From: Squalus acanthias
Lineage: Eukaryota
Length of the DNA stretch: 64,000 nt
Reading direction: 5' to 3'
NCBI GenBank assembly: GCA_030390025.1
Contig: CM059437.1
Location: 15,748,001-15,812,000, forward strand
Position numbers and translations under genes: made by a program. The notes under the pieces are model-generated. The model searched no databases and was not told where the DNA came from. It saw nothing but the letters and a program-made list of their open reading frames with translations. Shown here piece after piece: positions 52,663 through 64,000 of this stretch (positions within the stretch are counted from its first letter, which is position 1; each line of letters starts with the position of its first letter).

Positions 52663-53719
52663 TCAGAAGTGAGAATATCCAAGTTTTTGTTGGATGGTTA
52701 GGTGAAGTCCAAAGGGAGGGGGAAACAGTTATAGGAATTGTATAAAAGCACATTTTATAAGGTAACTTAAGCAAGTCAGACCCATATTTTTCCCCCAAAT
52801 AAGCAGGTTTTCCATATTTCTGTATGAAACACCCTTCTTCAGAAGGGAATATCCAGCACAGCCTCAGCGCAGAACAGGTCACTGAAAACTTTAAAACATT
52901 TTGGGGTCAATGCATGACAAGCTGTAAATTAACAGTCTATAATTTAATGTAATAAATACTATTTAATCTAATGTAACTTTACATCTTTGTTGGTTGAGGA
53001 TATCAATACATTACTGCTGACCACTCAACTGGATTTTTTAGGTTTACGAATATAGACAGTCAAAGCGTAGTTAATGGGCCATCAGAAGAAAAATAAAAGG
53101 ATTAAATAAGGCTGAACTGTAGCTTGGAATGAGGATAAGAGACCCTGCAAAAACCTGGAAAAAACACATTGCAAAAAGAGTTCAAGAGTATTAGGAGAGA
53201 TTAATTTACACAACAGAAGGCTTACTGCTAGAGAAAAGCTGCAACAGGAATTGATTCCTCAAAAGGACTGCCATGTAAATATTGCCTTGCACTCGTTAGC
53301 CTAATTTGTATTCTTCTGTAGGTTATTCAAGTTATGCAAGTATTGTAGCCCATACATTGCTGAATCCTGTATTGGATATCCTGCTATTTCAAGGAGAACA
53401 AAATAGCAATCTGAGCTCAGCCAGGGCTGCTATTGGGCTTTTACAATACATCTTTGTCTCCTGCACATCAGGCAAACGTAGGATCAAGCTTAGCTCCAAT
53501 ACCCATCACAGTCAAAGAGCTTGCTAACACTCGCTGTGTAGCATATCACAATGGAGAACAAATGTATGACCACAGTAGAAGAAAGCTGTTCGCACCTGTG
53601 CAGCCATACCCTGCATGAGTCAGCACCTCCAGGAGGGGTGTGAAGAGGTAATTAGGTTACATTTTATTGCAAGTGATTTAAACAGAAAAATTTCCCACAT
53701 CTGTGAACCATGATCTCAC

Positions 53720-53939
53720 CTTTGTCCCGAACAAAAAATGATACATCTTCTATTATACAAGGCCCCTCTTCCTGGATTCCATTTGGATACGACGGAGAAG
53801 GGGACGGGGACGGATATGGAGAGGGACTACTATAGCCACTGGTCTGTTCAAGAGGTATAGGCGAGGGGTCACTCTGAGAATTGCTACTGTATCGTTGAGA
53901 AGGGAAGGGTGCCCTGTGCCCATCAGGTGCATCCATAAT
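53720..53939 (-). CDS. FAM117A: FAM117A exon (IMDAPDGHRAP...VRDK)
   Basis: 220 nt overlapping ORF 53664-53936; PDGHRAP motif; phases consistent. Confidence 0.92.
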
Positions 53940-54269
53940 CTACAAAGCAGATACAGGAAAGAGGAAAATCAGTGATATCAGAGGTAGAAGACTGCAAATC
54001 ATAGTTCAGTGACTATTGAAGAATACAACAATCCAGTCCATCTGGCAGGTAAACGCTTGTCTGCAATAATTTCAACAAGCTTTCTAAAATATGAAACTGC
54101 TTGCATTTGTTTTCAGCAATGTATCACGGCAACCACATTCTGGGCAATTTTCTCTTGGCAGTCACAGCCACTGAACCAGATTATCCTGCAATAATCACAT
54201 CACTGTGGCTGCAAGATTCAAACAATACAAATGCTGTTGCCCAACATCAGCGATCAGCTTGGTTTGGTT

Positions 54270-55315
54270 GGTGGCACTATTGTTCGCAAGTCTGAAGGTT
54301 CAGAGCGAGTCCCATCATCAATTATTGGAGCACACAATCCAAGATGACTTTGCAACACCGTAATGAGGCAGTGCTGCATTCTTGGAAGTGCTGTCCTTTT
54401 AAGACTTGATACCAAGGCCCCACCTGCTGTTCTGGCACTACAGTGCATTACTTGAAGGACTCCTGGTGCCATAACCAATATACTTCCCTTAACCAATACC
54501 AGAAATTAATTAACTGATCATTTATCTCATTACTGTTCATCAGATCCTGTGGTGTGAAAAATAGCTGCTGCATTTGCCTTACAGTCACTGCAAAATAAAT
54601 TGTTGTTGGAGAAAGTTAAGATGTGAAAAGGTGGTATATAAAAGGGCAGTTCTGTGCCCCACTGTTTAAAGATTAACTGGTCAACCATTTAAATTTAAAA
54701 TCTCAAATTGACTGGTGATTAAATTTAGCTGAATTTGAAATTTCACTGAAAGTATTTACCAGCTTAATCTTTGAAAAGAGATGACCAAAAGAACCCAAAG
54801 TGCTTCACGGCCAATGAAGTATTTTTGAAGCGTAGTCACCGTTGTAATATAAGCAAATGCAGCAGCCAATTTGTGCACAGCAAATTCCCACAAACAGCAA
54901 TGGAAATAAATGACTAGATAATCTGTTTTAATGGCCTGGTTGATGTATAAATGCTGGAGAACTTCCCTGTTCAGCTTTAAAGTTTCATCCAAAAAATGGC
55001 ACCGAGACAGTGTTGCACTCCACTGAAGTGCGGACCTAGATTATCTGCTCAAGTTTCCAGAGAAGGACTTGAACTCATGACCTGCCTCAAGACACAAAAG
55101 TACTAACACCGTGGCTCAGTGATAGCACCCTCACCTCATCAATGCCATGGGATCTTTCACATCCAATGCACAAGCCGACAGGGCCTCAGTTTAATATCTG
55201 ATCTGAAAGACATCACCTCCAAGAAGGTAGCACTCCCTCAGTACACCAAAGTGTCAACCTAGATTATGGGCTCAAGTCCTGGATTGGAGCTGGAATCCAC
55301 AACTTTGACTCCTAG
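54270..55315. mobile_element. Cluster of degenerate tRNA-SINE copies (plus 54270-54645; minus 54797-55110 and 55140-55315)
   Basis: Similarity to 36915-37360. Confidence 0.65.
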
Positions 55316-56137
55316 CTGAGTTTTTTTTTTTAAAAACTGAATGAAGTTGATGTTTGCTTCTATGCCCATTAATCAGGTGAGCCTTGATACTGGGTGCTGG
55401 CAGGCCATTAAACACGAGCATCACAGTTGAGGATGAATTCCATCCTCACCAGACATCCATGTGTGCGCACCTCCAGCAGGACTAGGATACGATTTTGCAA
55501 GACATTAAGCACAGGATCCACAACACAAATTTGGGGGTGTGGGGGGGGGGGGGGGTGCTGAGGGTGAGAAAAGCTACTTTCCCTCCCATCAAATGTTCAA
55601 CTCCATCACCCAAGACCATCAACCCCACGCACATCAAGCAACGTTTTCTGAATTACAATTCCACAGCTACCAGTCACCTCCAGCTATCTTGCACAAATTT
55701 AGAGTGAATGTCAGCATGTTGATCAACCACAGGAACATTACAGCTGAATAGAAAACTTGTCTGCACACACTTCCTAGTAGGCAGTCACTGGACAGAGAAC
55801 AGAGGAATAGCTGTGGCTAAACTTTCTCTTGCCTAACTCAGGGACACTTAATCCAATTGCAGTATACCTTGGCCTACTCCATTTTCGTCGCCACCAGCAA
55901 TCAAACCGGGGTCACCATCCTAGTTTGAATAGCTCAGAAATGCCCCACAATACATTTGATCTTCAGTTCAAAAGGGAACAAATCCTCATCTACGTTATTT
56001 GAAATTCAAGTACACATTCAATGTGAAGATTTTCCAGTTAGGACTGGATGCACGCATCACGTCTAAAAACAATACTCGAGGTGGGGGGAGGGAACCATAT
56101 TCAAGTGACTTAAGAGTTTATTAACAAGATTACCTAC

Positions 56138-56281
56138 CCTCAGTAATTCTTTATCTCCAGGTTCTCTAATAAACATCCCTTCAATTTCCTGATTTATTGC
56201 CTCCAAGCTGTTCCTAAGTCGTGGAATTAACTTTGTGATGGCAAGGTTCGCTGGTAGAATCGGTACAAACTTGGAAGGTCC
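56138..56281 (-). CDS. FAM117A: FAM117A exon (GPSKFVP...RLRNSLEAINQEIEGMFIREPGDKELLR)
   Basis: 144 nt, AG/GT bounded; resembles the family SLEGLNQELE motif. Confidence 0.9.
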
Positions 56282-57220
56282 CTTTCAAAAGATGAAAAAA
56301 AGCAATATAAAAGTTTAATGAAAATGAAAAGTTTACAGTTTTATGTGTGCACACCAACAGAATGGATTGTTTTTCCTCAATGGATTAATACCAACACCCA
56401 TCTCTCTTTGGTCAAATCTTCAAAAGAAACATTCCCGTGGGAATCTTTCAATGGTTTATTTTTATTAACTATATATTGCTTTTTATACTCGTGCAAATTT
56501 GATCTTAAAATATTGTCACACATTTCAGGCCTCAGAGAGTCACCTTAGATTTAATGTCAAAAACAAACTACAATGTGATTCCTCAGATTTTGAACTTTTA
56601 ATCAGCCATGTTGAGACACATGGCAAATTTACCAAAGCAAGTCTTACTACGTCATCGGAATGAAATAGTTTCAGTACAAGTTAATTTAGGCATCATTTAT
56701 TCACTGAGGTAGTAATCAGCAAAAAAACGATGAAAGGCAGCGTGACGATAAAAATACTGTCTTCTGACTAATACTTTAAAAACTGGAATGTGTGTGGACT
56801 GACCATGGAAGTGGACAGAGTTCCACAAGTCACAGCAGAAAAAGTGTAAAAATGCGACGTTGTTGATATCTACATCTCCCCAAGGGTTGTGCTTATTTTA
56901 ATTTAAGAAGCAGCAAGCTATGTTGCATTTCAGTATTAAATTCATGAACAGCAACTGCATCTTACCTGCTGTACCATGAGGTTTACAGCAGACATGCATG
57001 ACTGACAACCAGCTTGTTTGTTCTCAAACAATGCAGGTGCTTCAATTATTCAAGCACTTCCTTTCAGATGCCAGCAGATCAATATGAACCCTACTGGAGA
57101 ACCACATTCAAGACATACAACCACCCTATGGCCCCTGTTCATTGCGACTCAGGCAATAATGACCAGAACACAGTACAACACAAGTTTTAGTTATAGGCAA
57201 ATTCAATTATTGTGGTTTTA

Positions 57221-57451
<231 letters not shown>

Positions 57452-58454
57452 TTACCCTGCATTACAGAAATAGTATTTTAAGATATCGATTTAACAATTT
57501 CCTATGCAAGAACCAATTCAATTATTTCCAAAGTTTACAGCAGCAAAAAGTTTTAAGAGCTTACAAGAATCCAACATTTAAAAAGAAACAGGAAGGAGTA
57601 ATTAGGCAGCCGTAGGCTTGGATTATAAAAGCCCAACAATGGAGGTGAAGCAAGGAGTTCCATAGCTGTGTTATCCTGAAGAGAGTATGCAATATAATGA
57701 TATTGATATGCTGGGAATAAATGTTGAATAAAATGCAAACTTACAGCTAGGAGAGAAGTCAAGGCAAGATTAGCAAGTCACAACCAAAATATGGTGTTAT
57801 GCTTTGTTAACGCCCTTTATTTACTGTATCTGCCAGTTTAAAGATCCAACTGCTTTTCATTTTGCACTCAAAACAAATGAATGCTTATGTTCAAGTTTTG
57901 ATAGATTATGTATGACAAAACACTTCAAAGATTATGGTGAACAGGAACTTTATTTTAAAATGGTGAATCAAACGCAAATTAAAGACTACATAAAAAACAG
58001 CATTTAATTGAAACCTTTGTATTTATTAAGTCAAAAGACAAGCTGTGAGGAGTGGCCAAATTAAAAACCAGTTTTGAAAGTTCTTTGGTGGGGGTGAAAA
58101 TGCAAGAGAATTGGGTATGTGCTGGCACGTAGTTGCAGTGAGCTAGCTTGTTAAAAAAACCTGCAATTATCCCTCTTCACTCTCCTTAAGGAATCACGCT
58201 TGATTTACACAGCAACAGTGTTTCCAAAAACAAATTTTCCACTTTGAAATCACAATACCAAGCAGTGAACACCAGGATGACAGCACAGGGTAGGCTGGGG
58301 TTTTAACAAGGCCCTATGCATTTCTTTTAGCAACAATGGTATGCATGTTTTCCAAGTACCCATGACAATCAATAACAAAATGACCACAGAAATGTTTTCA
58401 GTTGTTAAAGCAAGAAATTAATCAGTGGAATTTATTTGGCTGCATCTACGAACC

Positions 58455-58892
58455 AACTTGCATTTATATAGCACCTTGCACAATCTCAGGACATCCCAAA
58501 GTGCTTTAAAGTCAATCAAGTACTTTTGAAGGGTAGTTACTGTTGTAACGAAGGGAAATGAGGCAAACAATAGTCCCACAAACAGCAATGAGATACGTGA
58601 CCAGATAATATTTTAGTGATGTTGGTTAAGGGTAAAATTTTGACCACGACACCATGAGAACTCCCCCTGCTTGTCTTCAAATAGTGCAATGGTATCTTTT
58701 ACATCCACCAGAGCGGGTAGACAGGGCCTGGTTTAATGTCTCAGCTGAAAGGTGGCACCTCAGACAGTGAAGCACTCCCTCAGTTCTGCACTGAAGTGTC
58801 AGCCTAGATTATGTGCTCAAGTCTCTGGAGTGGGGCCTGAACCCATGACCTGCTGACTCAGAGGCGAGGGTGCTACTAAGCTAAGGCTGACA
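58455..58892 (-). mobile_element. tRNA-derived SINE copy
   Basis: Reverse-complement similarity to 36915-37360. Confidence 0.8.
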
Positions 58893-61299
58893 CCTATGGC
58901 ACAGGTCTTGATTGGTGTACAAGCCAAGCATTTGTCCCACTCGGAGGTCTTCCCGGCTGTCTTTGCAATACATTGCTCAAGATCTGACTGTTCGCCCTCT
59001 TGTTGAGCAAACAAATAGAACTGTGCTTGAATCCTGCTAAGTATGAAATAAGTTCTTTGTGGACAATAATCCTCAGCACAATGAAGGGGGACAAATTAAA
59101 AATTGCCAAACACTAGAGAAGCCATATGGAGATGATTGGTGTAAAAAGTTTACATGTACAGGAGATGAGGAGATGCTCAAGATTAGCAATTACCCCATAA
59201 CTGTCAAGAGGAATTACTGTTCAAACAAATTCCATCACATATGACAATAGTTCAATAAACAGGTTCCTTCTTTTGCAGAGAAATCCTCGATTCCTCAACC
59301 CAACGGAGACATTTTTATTGAGTGACATGCACATGCTCTGTTGGCATATGTGAGGGAGGGCACAGAATTAGAGGTCAAATGTTTTAGAACCAACATTTGA
59401 ACCCCAAGCACTGCTCACCAACTCCAACTTACTCCCTGCAATTTCTTCTCTTGAATGAATGTATACAACTTTGAATTTTATACAAAAGTTTTGGTCCATT
59501 TTGAGTCCCTTCTTTATGTCAGCAGTGTGGACTCCATGCTTTGGATGTGTGACGACACAGTTAAGAGAACTTAACAACGAACTGTCAGTTTATTACAAAA
59601 TAGTCTCCAGTTGATTACCACAAAATTTGATTTTTAGTGTGCAAATCACAACTGAATAAAATCTTTGCATATAAATTGTTTACCAATCTAAATTACTTCA
59701 CTACACTTCCTCAATAGCGTATTTCCTTCCAGAATAGTAGGCCTACCATCTTTCTATTACATCACTGCACCACATACAATTCCCCAACAGATGTATCTTG
59801 ACCCAAGCTTCCTCCATATTCAGGCACGAGTGTACGTAACTGCAGTCACATCTCTCTCATCCACTGGAGAAGTGTCTAGCGACCATTTGCCATAAGCGCA
59901 CTAGGCAGCATAAATAAACTTACATTTGTATAGCACCTTATCACATCTCTCAAACACTACAATGAGTTGCTTAAAAGTGCAGTCACGGTTATGTAGAGCT
60001 CGCTTTCAAAGCAGATAATTATGGTTCAAATCCCTGGGTTTCTAGTCACTGCTAGGAAGCAGTTTCTAAAATCAATTCACAGTCCCACAAATATGTGAAG
60101 CACCACATTTATTAACCTCAAGGGAAAGGGGTACAAAAAAAACTGGCATCGTTAGCGCACCATGCTGTATGTATGCAATCAGTCACAATATGGATATGTC
60201 AGAGCAACCCACAGTCCTAATTGCTGCAGTAACAGACTCCCACAGGAAATATTTTTCGGATGTAGGTGATAAAACAGTCATTACAGGAACAGACTTCATG
60301 GCCTTAGAAGATTTTAGTCACTTGAACCAAGACAGATGGTAATAACCAATTAGAAGTAAAGCCAAAGTTGCCCATAAAGCAATTGATTCGTGTTGCTCCT
60401 GCTGTTTTGAGCAACATTATTCCACATAGGTTTGTGAAACAGAAATGCTACTGAATTGTACTAGCTAGAGTGTTTAATGGATTTCTGGTGTAAAGAGATT
60501 TGCCAAAAAAAAGTCTTTAAAAGCATCATGATCAGCTCCATGTAGTAGTGTAAAACCACACTACTGCACTGAGCACAAGATGGATTTGTGTCCAAGGTCT
60601 GTCATTCAGAGCTCCCAAGTCAAGCTGCTCTACAGTGAAGCAGCAAGCAGGAAAATTGGTTGCAGTCATTCCAGACGAGACTCGGACATGGTCAATTGCG
60701 CGACTAAAACAGGCAAGTTGCCCTTTTGGCTTGGAGTAGCATGGGGCCACGAGAAATACAAAGCCCCAACTTCTCACCCACAAAACAAATTATATTGTGG
60801 CCAGTGTACTAATAGAGCAACACCACATTGCAGTAGAACTATTTTAGCCCTCATGCAATGGGCTCACATAAAGCTAGCAGGGATCACTTGATGGTGATCC
60901 AGCAAGAACCCCGAAGGATTTATTCCCTCCCAACCCGAAGATCCCAAGTGCAACCATGAACCCGAGTATCCAAAGATTAACTAGGGTTCAAACACTGGAG
61001 CCCCTCATCAGTAAGGCTCAGTTGACTTACAAACTGAGCCAAGTTTTAGGCTCTGCTAGAGTTCCTGATTTCCACCACCCTGGGATGAAAAGGAGTGCCC
61101 TGTGCCCCTCTAATACACTGGATAGCCAGTTCAGTCATCAGACGTTAGCCAGAAGACCATACAAGACCCAAAAGAGCAAAGTGAACATTACACCACAACA
61201 CAAATATAATAGCCTTTTTGCAGGATTAGATTCAGTACAACCTAGGAGAACCTAGTCTCAGCTACTTCATAGTACATACATGCTCAGCTACATGCACAT

Positions 61300-61670
61300 T
61301 TGACCCATTGTGCCTGTGCCAGCTCTTTGAAAGAGCTAACCAATTAGTCCCACTCTCCTGCTATTTCTCCATAGCCCTGCAAATATTTCTTTTTCAAATA
61401 TTTATCCAATTCCCTTTTGAAAGTTACTATTTAACCTGCTTCCACCACCCTTTCAAGCAATGCATAACTCACTGTATACAAAGACATTCTCATCTCCCCT
61501 CTGGTTCTATTGCCTAGTACCTTAAATCTGTGTCCTGATTACTGACCCTCTGGCCAGTGGAAACCATTTCTCCTTATTTACTCCATCAAAGCCCCTCAAT
61601 TTTGAACACCTCTATTAAACCTCCCCTTAACCTTCTCTGCTTGAAGGAGAACAATCCCAGCTTCTATAGC
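61300..61670 (-). mobile_element. CR1 3' fragment
   Basis: Reverse-complement similarity to 33277-33525. Confidence 0.7.
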
Positions 61671-61737
61671 CTTGGAGAGGCTATATTTTCCCACCCATTT
61701 CTAATTATTTGAGCTGGTATATTAATTATTTAGGTCA

Positions 61738-61956
<219 letters not shown>

Positions 61957-62834
61957 TTATTCTGCATGCTGGTTAAAATGGAAAGAAAAATTAGCATTTA
62001 ACAAATAAATACAAGGGCTAGTTTGTTTAAATAAAAGTCTGCCAGACCACACTAAAAATATACTAAGCGTACCTTTACTACTAGACATTTAAGAGCAAAG
62101 TTGTATAAAATTCCATAAGGAATTTTTATTTCAAGGTAAAATAGTCCACATTGTATAAGAACCCTCGGTAGTACAAAAGCTACAACATAAATACAATACT
62201 GCGAACTCAAACTCCATTGCTATGTTGGCCATTTGCAATCTCAACACATCAGGAACAAAAAGGGGTTTGCCAGGTTATATTTTAGATATGCTCATTCTGC
62301 CCCACCCGACTACCACAAAGCTCTGCACTCAAGTGAAACAGAAAGAGTTTATTTTTAAAAAGTACACCCATAGACTTCCTACAATGGTGAACAGGGGACT
62401 GGAGGAACTCCTATATACACGAGAACAGAGTAGCCACGCAGCTCTTCCAATCCTGCGCCACCCAGGACCGGCTTTTGCAATGTTAAAGAACTGTAAAGGG
62501 GCCACGCACCCAAAATAAAATTACAGGGAACAAGGATTGGAACTCTGAATGGGGGCAAGTGATTTGGTGCAATGCAACATCCCATAATTAATTCTGTAAA
62601 TTTCTATACTTCGCATTTGTAGTACAATTTGTAATTTTGCCCATAATGTCCTGGAAACAGCGACCATGCTGATTTGAGATCAAATTTTCCAGCTAGGAGA
62701 AGGAAAAAAAACTTCAAAGTCATTTATCCAGCTGATAGGCACGCAAGTCAGAAATCTGAATTCATCATATTTTTGCAAGCACTGGCCATGTCTTAGATGA
62801 ATTTTGAATTTCAAAGTGACTGGAGCAATCTATT

Positions 62835-63705
62835 GGCCTAGATTTTGCGGTAGAACAGTGAGGCCGTCAGCACTCACCATTATTAAAGTGTAAATCAGAC
62901 AGCAACTTCCAGCGATTGTACCTGTGCAGTTAAACACAGAAATCAGGAAGCTGCTGTCAGAGTTGCCCTGCTCCTCCAGAAGCTGTGCTGTAACAGTATC
63001 TCCCCTTCAATGTTCCCTCTAATTTTTTTTCGTGCGCAGTCCCTTTAACTGGCTGCAGTGCCCATTCAAATCGTCATGCACGGTTTCTTACACATAAAAG
63101 CCAGTGAGCGGCCTGCGCAGGACCGCCAGACAGGTTAGCGGGAATGTTGCTCCCCGTGAGATTTGGCATTGAAATACATGTTAGGGCATGTAGTTGCTGT
63201 ACTTACCCACTAGTCTCACCACAAAAGGTGGGGCTTGCCCATTCAAGTGTAAGTGACTTTTGAACAGTGTGATAAGTCTTAATTACTGCTAAACAACCTC
63301 TCTGGCACTGAAAAGTAACTTTTACAAGTGTGGAGTCTCACTCAGATTTTAATTACTGTTCGAGATTGTAAAAAATTTAAATAATTTTATTTTTTAACAT
63401 TTTCTTTGTCTCATCTTTCTCAATCCCATCTTTCTTTCCTTCTCTTTAATTCACTTTCTGTACATGATTTTAAATTGAATTAACTATTCTAACTTACACT
63501 TACTGGTTTAGACGCCGTGTGTCTCAGTAAGGATTCTTCAATCTGATTGGTTAAGGAGACACACCATTGCTTGCCCTATTCACATAGGTCTCAGATCTAA
63601 TTACCGCAACTTCCAGTGCAAAAGCCCATAAAGAGTCTGTGGGCAAAGGCAAGTGTAATGAACAGCGAGCATCGTTTGTTCGTCACTGACCACAAATACT
63701 GGGCT
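62835..63705. mobile_element. Harbinger-like MITE with nested hAT MITE
   Basis: Ends GGCCTAGATTTTGCGGT ... ACCACAAATACTGGGCT resemble the ends of 13470-14013. Confidence 0.5.
63008..63149. mobile_element. hAT-like MITE
   Basis: CAATGTTCCCTCTAA ... TTAGCGGGAATGTTG; 7/8 TSD CTCCCCTT/CTCCCCGT; homologous to 36004-36169. Confidence 0.7.
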
Positions 63706-64000
63706 GTTATGTGCAGCCTTTATGCATTCAACTGGTTGAACAAAATGGCAACACCTTTAACCACAAATAAACATAAAACTTTATTACATTTCAATTCATG
63801 TTGCAACCAAAAGGCTTCAAGTACCTTGTATGAAATGCACCAATACTAAATTTCGTGTCAAAACTGCATATGCAAGCATCAATCACGTGAAAAGCACAGT
63901 TTATAAACACTCATAAAAAGGTAGGTGAGCAGGAACGCACCCTGCTTTCTTATTCAAATAACGTGCCTAGTCAAAAGGTTGGGCGGGCAAAGAATATTTT

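Overview
Eukaryotic genomic DNA; the repeat content (CR1/L2 LINEs, tRNA-derived SINEs, Penelope-like fragments) suggests a cartilaginous fish (inference). The window holds the complete 12-exon PSMC5 gene (26S proteasome AAA-ATPase Rpt6) on the minus strand (CDS 37779..3952, 403 aa, one GC-AG intron) with a CpG-island promoter containing a 29-bp VNTR, and the last six coding exons plus a long 3' UTR of FAM117A (minus, 61926..about 45730). Bases 1-3170 look like the 3' UTR of a convergent plus-strand gene. The most notable non-coding signals are: (i) two families of short fold-back Penelope-like insertions with 12-14 bp target-site duplications that carry minimal type I hammerhead ribozyme cores with palindromic stem III; (ii) a single-ORF APE-RT LINE whose 5' end is a tRNA-derived SINE head, with a head-plus-tail deletion derivative 16 kb away; (iii) duplicated splice-donor segments in both genes.
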